Source: Guillardia theta CCMP2712
Taxonomy: Eukaryota > Protista > Cryptophyta
Direction: 5' to 3'
Length of the DNA: 64,000 nt
NCBI RefSeq assembly: GCF_000315625.1
Contig: NW_005434630.1
Span: 434,001-498,000, forward strand
The position numbers and the translations under genes are program-made. Below the pieces are notes generated by a model, which was given only the letters and a program-made list of their open reading frames with translations, was not told the origin of the DNA and did no database searches. Positions 49,405 through 61,000 of the stretch are shown here, in pieces (within the stretch, counting starts at the first letter, position 1; each line of letters opens with the position of its first letter).

Positions 49405-50286
49405 ATGTATTGTCGCTTCCGCTTCAACGCGGGCTCGCACGTCGGCGCCAACGTCCTCCCGGTTTCCAGGAAGATGTTCTTCGGCACGACCATGACGGAG
49501 TGCCTCCCGGCCCCGGGGCTCAACCGCCAGAGCGGGGAGCAGGGCATCAACCACAAGGCCATCGAGCTGCTGTCGGACCTGGAAGGGTGCCGGAAAAAGA
49601 TGAAGGCCGTCCTACGAACCATCCAGCAGGAGTCCATGCAAGCCAAGGCCTCCTTCCAGTGCATGCCGGTCAACGCCTACGGCGCCCACGAGGAGGGCGA
49701 CGCCTACCTCTCCGACTTCCGCCGCTACGCCGACTCCAAGTACTGGGCCCCCGAGCCCCCGGACTTCGTCGGCATCTCCCACGGCTTCACCCGCGGCTTC
49801 ATCAACGACATCCGCGAGCACAAGCTCTACATCGTCTGCTCCGGCGGCCTGAACTACGCCTCCCACAACTTCTACAACATGATCCTCGACATCGGCGACC
49901 GCGCCACCGCCGCCGAGGTCCATGAGAGCGAGGAGGTCCACTGGCTCCGGAAGGCGTCGCAGCGCTCCCGCTGCAAGATCATCAACGCCGTCGCCGACGC
50001 CTTCGGCCTCGACATCCCCATCCAGCTCGACACCCACGAGCACTCAGCCGAGGGCAGCCACGTCGCCGCCCCCACCGCCGAGACCCTCCACCACGACATC
50101 CAGCGCACCGCCCACGACGTCGTCTCCAACCACGCGGTCAACACCGAGGCCGCGGAGAACGGCGTCCTCTGCCCCATGCACCCCTGCGAGGGCATCTGGC
50201 TCTTCCAGGGTGCCCATCCTGATAGAAACAACTACAATGGAGGTGGTTATCCAAACGTACCGACCGTGACAATCCACATTCAATGA
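49405..50286 (+). CDS. GC3-rich intronless hypothetical protein fragment, possibly viral
   Basis: Extreme C/G third-position bias from 49410 to 50210 (...PPDFVGISHGFTRG...KLYIVCSGG...PTAETLHHDI...CPMHPCEGIWLFQG), flanked by AT-rich junctions. Confidence 0.6.
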   Translation: MYCRFRFNAGSHVGANVLPVSRKMFFGTTMTECLPAPGLNRQSGEQGINHKAIELLSDLEGCRKKMKAVLRTIQQESMQAKASFQCMPVNAYGAHEEGDAYLSDFRRYADSKYWAPEPPDFVGISHGFTRGFINDIREHKLYIVCSGGLNYASHNFYNMILDIGDRATAAEVHESEEVHWLRKASQRSRCKIINAVADAFGLDIPIQLDTHEHSAEGSHVAAPTAETLHHDIQRTAHDVVSNHAVNTEAAENGVLCPMHPCEGIWLFQGAHPDRNNYNGGGYPNVPTVTIHIQ

Positions 50287-50699
50287 CCGATCAGCCTGTG
50301 CACTCTAGCCAACATAGATTTGAAATGAATTAGCCATGCTAATATTACCATCACTGAAATACCATTGCAACGTAAAGTCATCTACCTGATTTGCCGCGAT
50401 AAGATCATTCAATAATCGTACAGGGAAAGTTGATCCTGAATCGAAACAGTAACCGAACACTTTGTCTGTTCCGCACAATCCGGAAACCCATTTGCACCGC
50501 AAAAGTTTTCAAGATTCACTTCTTTGGTACAAGTACTGCTGACGCCAACATCAAACAAGAGAAAAGATGACAACCCTGTCAAACCACACAATCACGAGCC
50601 CATCGCGGCCCATTGTGAGCAGCTGGAGTCAAGTAAGGCTTACGCTCCATGTTTTCATGTTAAGGCGAGCCCTCGAGAGGAATCCAGAAGAAAATATTC

Positions 50700-50945
50700 A
50701 GAGAATTGGGAGTGTTGAACCGCCTTACATGTACCAGAACAAATGCGCTGTAGAGATACACGTATCGACCATACAATCCACATGTCATCTTTGTAAATCC
50801 AATGACCGTAGGTGTGAACAACCCACAGTACAAGTTAGTGGAATATGAAACAGCATCGTTTCCTATCCAAACCTCCACCGTGGAACCAGAAAACTCGGTA
50901 CCACGAGGATAAATCCAGACCTCGTTGATGAGGCGAGGAACATGA
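50700..50945 (-). pseudogene. F-type lectin/discoidin-like domain fragment
   Basis: LINEVWIYPR...VEVWIGNDAVSYSTNLYCG...MTCGLYGRYVYL. Confidence 0.65.
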
Positions 50946-51018
50946 AGCAATGACAACAGTAGCGTTCTTCTCTCTACCTGCTTCCGAGGAATGTATTGAA
51001 GAACAGAATCATGGGTTG
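50942..51018 (+). repeat. 77-bp imperfect direct repeat, copy 2 (copy 1 at 37090-37166)
   Basis: atgaagcaatgacaacagtagcgttc...gaggaatgtattgaagaacagaatcatgggttg. Confidence 0.9.
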
Positions 51019-51332
51019 AACAAAGTCTTGTTGGACTCGACGGACCATCGTTACACGTTAGTTTGCGCGCATCATCTGCCACGTTGTGAGGGTTTATCAT
51101 TCAATGATAGTCTTATTTGGGAAGACAGTGGGAATGTATGAAGCATGCTGTATTTTGAAAAGAATGTCCCTGGTTGTTCAGAGAAGGACTCTATCACATT
51201 GCACAACAAATCTGACAACAACGCAAGCTGAGCGATTTATTAACAATAATCACGAAGGCTAACGAACTGACATGTAAAGTCAACACCAAGAAGCTTAGAC
51301 CCTGGTTATTTTCGATCAAACGACGCAGGTTC

Positions 51333-54300
51333 CTAGCATTCACAGTCTGTGTTGCCAGTCCAAGTCGTCAACTTCTGTACTATGTAGAACAGCAAAGCAA
51401 GAAATACAATCACAATGGACTCAGTTCCGCCAAAGACATCCATGCTATCCCTTCCTCTCCTTCTATTGCCCTGATCATCCTTCCCATTCGTGTCCTGTCC
51501 GTCAGGTCCACCGTTCCTTCTCTCTTCCTGCATTTCGACCTGCAGAGGTTGTTTGTCCCCGTCTCACCAAGACGGCTCACTTGAGCTGTTCAACTTGCGA
51601 TGTTTAGCTGACAGCAATCGTTTCTCTTGTTGTTGCGTTCACTTCAAAGCAGCTCTCCCCTCTTCCTTTCCTATGTTCCTCCATGCACCCGCTCCTGGTC
51701 CAAGGTTACCACCACCTGCGTCCTTGCCTGCATGGCAGCTATTCTCTCAGTCACGTCCGTTACAATCCTTGTAACAGCAAATGCAAACCCTCCCCATGCT
51801 GCTCCTGGCTGTGGCCATGTCTCCTCCCCCTACGCTTGCTTCGCATCCTCTCCCTTCCTGTCTTGCGTTTGCAGCTCCGTCTATCTTTCCTCCTTGCTCT
51901 CTCCCCTCCTCTCTGACTTGCAACTTTGAAACACGAATTCGTGGGCGAGCACTGAATAACATGCGCAAATCCAGTCCTCTGTCACTGTTCCATCTTTCAC
52001 GATCTTGCTCTAGAAGATTTTCGCCCGAAATGAGCGAGAAGATGATCGAAAGTCCCTGGGATGTTCGACTCCGTGGGCCGTACAGCACCAACGACAAACT
52101 CTTGCAAGTGATAGGGTGAGTCGGCCGGGTGTTTGCTTCTCTAGAGTGATCTCGTTGCAAGCTATCTAAGGCAGAATCCTGCTTCAATATCAGGCCGACC
52201 GATGTGCTACGAGGTTGCGATTATCCCAGCCGCTACCATGACGCTTAAGTGGTGCGTTTCAGCCAAGTCAGATCCTGGAGAAGAGGAGGGAGCGCGAGTT
52301 TGCTCTTACGCCTGCGTTTGGTCTGGTGAACTAGTCGTTTCCTCCTTCCATTTTCTGCCTGATTGCAAGTGCTAGACCCCTGAGGACCTCGGAGATAGCT
52401 CCTCCAACCACTTTCTCGTCGTTGCTGTCTCCATACTGCAACTGGCCTGCGGAGGACTGGTGAGAGCGACTCAACCAACGACCTTTCCAGAGTCTTTCTC
52501 CCTCCTGCAGTTCCATCCCTCTCCGAGCTGCAACAGTCCTGCTGCCTCATGCTTGTCACTCCTCAAACACTTCCTCCTGCTCGCCTCTGCCTTCACTCCC
52601 GCACGAATCCTCCAAGGTTTCATGTCCGCATCATCATGACTGTAATCACAGGACGAATGTCACAACAATATCACCCCTCTCTCTTGGGACGACGGCACAA
52701 TCTTCGGCGGACCCCCCGGTCTTCGATTCCAACTTGATCCTCTCTTCCTGCTGATGCCGACCCCTTGCAGTCTACGACAGCCCAGCCAGGCAGGAGGCAA
52801 CGCTCTTGCACTGCCTCGTTCATCTAAGGGAAGGACATCATCCCGGCGAGTTTGGCACGGGCTACCAGAACTCGGGCTACTGGGCAGGTAGGAGGACGTG
52901 GAGGCTGCGCTGAGAGCTGAGGGAGCAGCAGGAGGGGTGACGGAGCATCCGACGATGAATCAGGTGTTGATACCCTGATCAGGGCAGTGGTGGCTGACCC
53001 GGAAAGATGTAGATGCAGGAGGTCGCACGGACAATGGCGGCAGGGGTAGCAACGGAACGGGAACGGGAGGTAGAGAGGAGAGGAGAGGAGAGGAGAGGAG
53101 AGGAGAGGACTAGAGGAGGCAGAGATTGTTCGAGGGTCGTAGGGGAGAAGGGAAGGGGGAGAGCAAGAGCACAGGGAAAGAAGTGGGGGGGGAGGGAGGC
53201 AATCTTGTGGTCTCATGCTGTTTGCCATGCCAGCTGCTGGAGCCGCTCGGGAGGGAGTGGAGCAGCCAGTCCTTCGTCAGGTGAACCCGCACTGCCTCTT
53301 GCTCCTAATGCCTGACTGCTGGGGGCCTGCTGGGGGCAGAGCTTGTGCGGACGCCATGAGATCGAAGGAGGAAGGGGCGATCAGAGTCTGCAACCTCCTC
53401 CTCAACCTCCACCTCCGCCTGCTTCTCGAGCACGTCCTTGCTCGTGCTGGGCAGGGCGCTAGCCTGTGATGAAGGAGATGATGAAACTTCGATCTACTGC
53501 AGATTGTCGTGTACTGAGGAGATGACAGGCCAGATGCCCTGGCACTCAGTGTCACCTCTCGCTCTCCTCCTACTCGATTGAGCCAGTCACCTGCAGGAAG
53601 CGATCGAAATCTACCTGTCTGTCAGAATCCTCCGTGCAGCGGAGCACGATGAAGTCGACCTCCTCCTGCGCATGAAAAGATCAGCCATAACCTTCACCAT
53701 ATCCTCCTCCTACTTGACTCCCCCCTCCCCCTCGCCACCCTCAACCTCAGGGGCATCCTCATCCTCCAATACTGCACCATCTGAACCTCCTCCTACACCA
53801 CAACATTTCACCTCTGCCTACAACTCCTTCCGCTCCTTGCTCTCTTTCTCCTTCGCACCTCAGAGTAGCCGAAGGAGTCGAGGGCCAGGCGGAGCTCGGA
53901 GGAAGACAAGGCTAAGCGACGGGAATAATGTGAGAGGTGAGGCTAACAAGACAGAGTGGAGGGGAGATAGGGAGGGAAAAGAAGCAACCTCCGCTGCCGT
54001 CGAGATCAAACGCCTGTGCCAATTTTCAGGTCTGGTCGCTGGTGGACGGGGGAGGCAGAGGGCAGGAGGACGGGGAAGGGAGAAAGAGTCTGGACAACGT
54101 CGAGTAGCGGGAAGAAACGAGAAGGCTGGAGGAACTTAACCTGGAAAAGGCTCCATGCTTCAGAGTGAGCAAGCTGTTGTTTGGCGTTGAGAGCCTTGTC
54201 CCTAGGACACGTCGGTTGCGCAAGGAGAGGCGACGGGGAGGGGGATGTAAGAAGAGGGAGAAGCGAAGCAGGTAGGACAGGAGCAGGAGGAAGAGGAGGG

Positions 54301-55592
54301 GGAAACAGAGAAAGGAGTTTCACATGTCACGGAAAACCCAGGTGAGCAGAGTCTGCGCCTCCGCCAGCGCCTCCGACCAGCTGTCCTCCTGCTGGGTCCC
54401 AGCAGCTTCATTGAGCCAATCAGAGATGTCGCAGCTCTCGTCAAGCTCTCTCAGCCACCTGGGGAGAAGAAAATCAGCGTCTCCTCCCTCCTCCTCTGCT
54501 CCCCTCACGCGTCCCACGCCTTGGCCAGCGACTGGTTCCGGATCCTCCCTATCACCTTGGTGCCTTCTTAGCTTCTAGACGAGCTGGGACAGGAGAGAGC
54601 AAGGGGGGCGTAAAGGAGGAAGGGAGGGGAAGGGGGAAGCAGGGAGAAAAGGAGATTCTGACCATCTGTGCGGTCAGCCGCTGTCTGCGTGCAAGCTTTG
54701 ACGAGAGGAAGAAGCTGTAAACCTTGTCATCAAGGAGAGGAGGAGGAAGGACGGAGGAGGAGGAAGAGGAAGAGGAGGAAGAAGAGGAGGAGGACAGCGA
54801 GGGTGATAGAGAGACCTGTGCGAGCTACCAGCGGACGCAGCGATGATCTTGATCCCCTCAAGGAACTTGATCTTCGTGGGAGCCTCCAACCTTAGAGGCG
54901 TCACAGCCCCGACCCCCTCGATCTCTCAACTCACGCGGACTTGTCTCCTCCTCCGCACTGACCATTGAAGTTGCACCCACAGGCGAACACGTCTCCCTCC
55001 CTCCCGACGAGGAGCGAGTGCAAAGAACCTGCAGTGACATGCACAACCTTGCAACTCCGCGTCAACTCTTGCTTACTCTACTTCAGATCCTCCTACCTCG
55101 ACTCCTACCATCGCTTCCATCCTCACAGGGCTCAGGACGTATCTCTTTCTGTCCTCTCTTCCCGTCCATGCGAGGCCCAGCTGACCAAACTGATTGCTTC
55201 CTGTGGCAAAAACCTTGCAGGATCTCAGGAGGGCAGGAGGGAGAGCAGGGGGGCGCTACTGTACCTCCTGCTCGCTCGTGAGGAACAGCGAGTGGTAGTC
55301 CCCTGCGCTCGCCATCATGACGGAGTAGGAGAGGAGGCCGTGGATCTTGGAAGGAAACTTTCATTGCAGGAAGATCGACAGCAACAATCACCCTTGTGGG
55401 CTGCAGAATCTTGTCTGTCTCCTCTCCAAGCCCCAGCCGTCCATGCCCCCCGCTGCCAAAGGCGTAGACCTGCCCCTCTCTGTTGATAATGAGGTTGTGA
55501 AAAGCTCCACTTGTAATGAAGACGATGTTTGAGCATCCTGGTAGGGTGTTGGTGACCAACACAACCAGCATGATCATGATCATGATCATGAT

Positions 55593-55633
<41 letters not shown>

Positions 55634-57531
55634 CCGCACAATCAAGAACAACAAGAACAAGTCAATTTCAACGTTCCTACCATCTATCACGCTAGGTTCA
55701 GCTCTTCGCATCGCGGCCTCTCCCTCTCCCTCGTGCTCCTCGTGTACCCTCTCCTCCTCTTGAAGATTTCCCAGCTGGCCGACGTTCCCAGTGCCGCATG
55801 AGCTCACCAGACCGTCTGCTCGCAAACTCTCAACATCGCCAACAGGACGTTGAGACTGACGCACCGTCCGTCAAGATCAGACTGTGGTACGCTCCCGTGC
55901 TCACGCTCCTCCCACGCCCTGCTCCCTGTCAGCGAGAACTTTCACGCACTCCAATGCCGCTCACCTGAGATCTTGTCCACCCTGCCAACAATGCCAGACA
56001 TTGTCAATCTCCTTTGCGTGGAAGCAACAGCCAACAGCAGCAAACCTTCTAGGCGTCCTCTGCACCCTCTCGTCATACCTTGGAATCGAAGTTATTTGCT
56101 GGAGGGATGAACAAGCAGGAACAAGCACCCCAGAGCTCCATATCTTCCGTCCCCACATGACAAGACCATCCCGCAGTCTGACAACAGCATCGAGTGTCTT
56201 CCACGTCCTCCAGTCAGGTTCTTCTCAACCTACTTGCTGAACTCTCTTCACCTCGCTCCTGCCGCCACCTGGACGATCTTGATTTGACCATTGCCGAAGA
56301 GGGAAGGATGGAAATGAATCTCTCGTGACACGAGCTGGGAGAGCGTCAAGCTCCAGCTCAGCAATCTGCTGAGACCTGCTCATAGACGAAGTCTTCGTCC
56401 TCCATCTCGCGGTCCTCGTCCGACACGCCTGGTTGAAGGAGACCCAGCTGGCCCCACTCGCCAGATCCACAAGACAAGACAGCTCCATTCTCGTTGATGA
56501 ACAAGGAATGACCCACACCTGTCATGCTATCAGACACTTGAGGAGATTCTACACAAGGCTGGCTGCACCTGCTGCGACTGCTGTGCAGGGGAGAGATTCG
56601 TATCGAATCAAAGCAGGAGTGCACACCTGCGAGAGGACGTCAGGTGCAGCAGAAGAAATCAAAACTTTCCTCTTGCGTGTGCCCGAGGCCAGTCTGCCCG
56701 AAATTTCCTCCCCCACAAGCGAAGACATCCCCTCCCACCATCGACTCTCTTTGAAGCTGCGCAAGGAATTTTTCCTTCGCCTCCAGCTGCCTTTGCAGAT
56801 TTTCTTCGATGATTTGACTCTGTAATCTTCTTTCCTCCTCCAACGCCAGGGCAAGTCGTCTTCTCCTCTCCCGCTCTTCTCTCGCAAGCCTCGCAGCTGC
56901 CTTGACCTTGGCCGCTGCTTCGTCCAGAACGAATCGAAACCTGACCAGCAGTTTCGTGCGTTGTCCGTCGAAGCCCAAACGATCTGTTCATTCTCGTCTC
57001 TCACTTCAAGAACCAACTCCACGCCTGGAGCACCAGGCCTTGAGATCTTCTCCATGAGGGCATAAAGTTCGATTGTGCATTGTCCTATCAGCTCGCTACC
57101 TGTGACATCCCAATCATACAGTTGGACCGATAAGCAAGCTGTCCTTCTAGCATCCGCAAGACTCTTCTCACTCAGCTGCATGTACTTGCCGATGATTTCT
57201 TCACCCTGCCACACAAACTTGCGTTAAAACGCTGCCGTCCTGCTCCAACTCTGATCTCCTCACATCGTCGACGGGTAGCTCGAGGACTTCGTTCCAGGTG
57301 GGGTTGAGAGTCTTTCTCACATGCCTGGTCTTGAGGGAATGCTCTCCAAGAGAAATCGTCACGAAAGGATCGCACAGCCCGATCGTATCCGTCTGCCAGG
57401 TGCTCGTCAGTCTCGACCCTCCAGTCATTGCCCTACCTCACCTTGGGCAGGTGGGTCCCTTTGATCACCGTCATCACCAGCAGTCCCTTGGGCCATCCCA
57501 TGAGCTCTTGAATCTCGTTAAGCTCCTTCAT
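51333..57531 (-). CDS. Multi-exon protein with C2 domain, RCC1 repeats, EF-hand-like motifs and a C-terminal hydrophobic anchor
   Basis: MTVIKGTHLPK|TDTIGLCDPFV...KTLNPTWNE, VQLYDWDVTGSELIG (C2); VFACGGGNFGQTGLG, GVGHSLFINENGAVLSCGSGEWGQLG, SGAFHNL...FGSGGHGRLGLG (RCC1); FDLDGSG and DSDRQVDFDRF (EF-like); IVIVFLALLFYIV...CEC*. May be two genes. Confidence 0.7.
55570..55632. repeat. Intronic (ATCATG)n/(CAG)n
   Basis: Directly visible. Confidence 0.93.
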
Positions 57532-58051
57532 CGTTTCTTGTTCTTACTGCTTCAGGCCAACAACAAACATCGCGCAATGTGAATCATCCCTTGTGAATCA
57601 TTGTTTTACCATTGTTTTATTGACTCATCAAGTTTGACAAGCCGTTGATCCTGACTCAGGTGACTGCTTTTTCAGTCAATAAAGATTGTTGGCTTTGTGC
57701 CACCCGGATTCTTTACTCAAGGCTTTACTCAAAGTTAGTGCAACGGAAGTTTTAACGGCGGTCCGGGGCCGGGCCCGGCACGATGTGACTTCAATGAAAC
57801 GAATACAAATGTCACCCTGTAGTTTGAAAATCTCCACCTCAATTCAAAGTTACTTTGGAACGACACTACCGGTTGCAAAAGGTAGACCTTCTGTTTCCTA
57901 AAGGGGTGGGGTCATCGACTACTTCCCGGGCTGGTCACAGGGAGTACCAGGGGGGACCGTCGCTATGGCGGCAAGAAGGGTAGTGATGGGGATGGTGTTG
58001 AGTTGGATGTGGTGGGAGAGTGAGAGCTGGTGGTTCCTTGGGAGCTCCAAG

Positions 58052-61000
58052 ATGCTCGACCCCTGGGAGCTACATCCCTCCTTCAACGCCACGAGAGAGA
58101 TCGCAGAAGAGATCGAACGGCTGGTCGCCAAAGCTGAGTTGGTCGTGTCGGAGCTGTCAGACTCGAAGATGAAACCTGTGTCGCACCAAGGAAGGTTTCT
58201 TACCTCGTATCCCTTCCAACAGCTGATAGGAGGTGATTCTTCCTGACTCTCTTAATGCATGCTAAAGCACTAAATTCTGTAGGAGTAAAGCAGAAAAGCA
58301 ACAAAGTTGAAGCTTGGGACCTCGAAACGAATTCCACACGAGAAATGAGACTGTGGAAGGCGCAGAAGAACCTGAAACTGCTGAAGAATCTGTGGATCGA
58401 TGTTCAGAACAAGAGCAAAGTGTACGAGGGAGCAGTGACCGCGTTGATTTCAAACAACATCACACTTGCGGCGATGCGAGCAAAACTGCGTGAGGTGAAG
58501 TTAGGAGAGGCCCAAAGCAACGTGACTGATGGGATCATGTTCAGCATCATGTGATGGCTCAAGAAAACAGAGAAAAGCTATCTCGCGATCAGCTCAGAAT
58601 GGTCTGAATGAAGTACAAGCTTTGTGTACTCACCTCGGATTTGCAGCGATCGTTCATTTCAAACTTGTCGCGGCTGGACTTAGAGCCCTTGAAAGACATG
58701 GTACTTCCTTCCTGCCCGGCTACTCTCATCTCTCATCTTTCCATGCGTAGTTGCCCATCTCGTGGCACCAGCAGGTACTGAGGAAACGAGAAGACGCGAT
58801 CGCGTTTGTGTCGAGGTTGAACCGAGCAGAGCATCGCTTTTTGATGGAGCTGTTCGGAGTCGTCCAAGCTTACGTCAGCGTCCTGAAGATGAGAACGAAT
58901 CTCAAGGAGTCTCTGAACCAAGCGAGGTGTTGCCATGTCTTCCTTGCTTCCACGCTCATTCCTTGTGTATCACAGGAACTACAGTGCTTTTCAAGATATC
59001 TTGTCGAGAGAGAACGAACGTCTCAAGTGCAGCATAACACCTCCTCTTGAGATATACACTGATGTTGACATGAAAGGTTAAATGATGAAATCAGGAACTT
59101 GACATACTTCTGGACACAAAGATGCTCGAAGCTTGCAAGTAATATGTAGTAATTTAGAAATTGCGATTGTTCTAAAATTCCTGCAAGATGACTTGTCTGT
59201 GGCAAAACAAGATCGTGAACTGGAACAATCTTTCTCGAAGAATATCAGTCAAAAGCTAAATCAGGTGAGGATTATTTTGCAAAGACTGCATCTGTCACAA
59301 AAAGCACAATAGACCATGTTGACGCTAAGGCTGGCGCAGTTGAGATGTGATTCCACACCAGGTTTGCTCGCACGTGACTCCCTGTGATACGTCTGATGAG
59401 TCTCTTCAAAGGCAATGACATGAACGCTAGTGGCGAGTCAGCGTTCTTGCAGGAGCTAGAGCTATGTATGAATCGAAGCAAGGACTATCAACGGCAGATT
59501 CGTCACCATGAGTGGAATGCAAGGAGGCTGGAGGGAAAAGTCCGCTATCTTTCTCAGCATTCGACTTCTTGGTTGGACCTCAAGAACTTGGTACTGTTGT
59601 ACCCGTGGCTGCTGCTCTAGACCTGAACTGAAGTGAACACGTCAGAGAACAAGAACATGGTTTGCGATCAAACGAGGTCTGGTGACGGTCTATGCGCTGG
59701 TCGTTGTGGGTGAGTTGGTCATGCTAAAGATGTATCGGTGACAGGAATCGTTGCAGGCTTGCTGATAGCTCTCCTGATAGTTCCCATATTTATTGACTAC
59801 CATCGGCGATTCCCATTCCCTCAGTCCTTACTGTCTACCCTTGGGATTTCATTCCACTTCTTCCTAGGGATCTCGACCCTGTACTTGATGGGGAGATTCA
59901 ATCTGAGTTTTGGTATCAGAGTTTGTTTCTTCTTCGAGCGAATTGAATTCCTTTCGTTGCAACAGGATGGGCGATAGCAATCTTCCCGATTTTCAAGATG
60001 CAGATTGAGTTGAAGAGGAAATTCTTTGAATCGCAGTCTTCATCGGTCTTGTTTCAAAATCCTGTCAAGGAGTCTGCAGAGATAGATGCTCCTGCCGTTG
60101 ATGTTGGCGTGGAGATAATCTCTGCAGTCCTCGAAAAGACGACAGAGATGGTTGGGTTGCGCGACCCCTACGTTCTTGTGCTGTATAATGATCAACACAA
60201 GAAGACCCAAGTACGTTGTCTGTCCTTGTTTATCTGCTTCAGTGACCGACGATCAACCCAGGTCAGAAAATCTACATTGCTCCCTGAATGGAACGAATAT
60301 CTTGAATTCAATGACATCAAGGATTTCGATGACATGATTGAGATACAAGTGAAGGATTGGGATAGATTCTCCAAGGATGATACTCTCGGCACCATCACTT
60401 TGCCTCTGGCTGAAATCCTCGGACAGGTCGAACGCGGCAAGTTCTCTGCCATAGAAGAGCACGAGATTCTAGCGGAAGACCAGGAAAGCTCCATTGGGAT
60501 GCTGAGAGTGAAGTGGACTTGGGACTTTATCGCAGTGAGCGAGGGCAAGCAGGACCCCTTGGAGAAGTTCGACTGTGAGGACCCGCGTTGGTCCTTCTCC
60601 AAGGCCTGGAAGTTTGACTCGGGGTACCTCCGTCATGAGTTTGAATCGGCCTCAATGCTCCTCCAACATTACTTCCCCGCCTTGCGCTCGGCGATGCTGA
60701 CAGTTTCGCAAAAGCTGCTGACGTTTGGCATTTCATATCGAGTTATCCATGTGTTTGTTGCCTGTATGGCTAGCTATATCAGCGGGAAGCTGAGACTGGA
60801 CATGAGTTACGTTGTGCTGATAGTCATCTGCTTGAAGAAGTGCGAAGACTTTGTCTTGTACATCAGTTGCATAGAGAAGTTCGAGAAGACCATGCAAGAT
60901 GATCACAGGTGTTGCGATGTTTTCAATCCTCAATGCACTGAGATGGTGGAGCAGAATGAAAGCGATCAAGAATTGGCAGATCCAATTTGTTCCGACAGAG

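Larger units (their letters stand above)
36900..51250. mobile_element. Intron-free island of scrambled gene fragments; probable decayed endogenous viral or other mobile region
   Basis: No host-type introns; abrupt GC and codon-usage switches; fragments on alternating strands with stops and frameshifts; no hallmark capsid, integrase or transposase recognised. Confidence 0.5.

Noticed and set aside
49347-50269. Overlapping ORFs in other frames and strands around 49.4-50.3 kb
   Set aside because: Artefacts of extreme GC3 bias in the single real frame
34660-51205. Possible target-site duplication (actcta..acattgc at ~34665 and ~51188)
   Set aside because: Short, gapped similarity in AT-rich 3' regions, compatible with chance, and the left copy lies outside the apparent island
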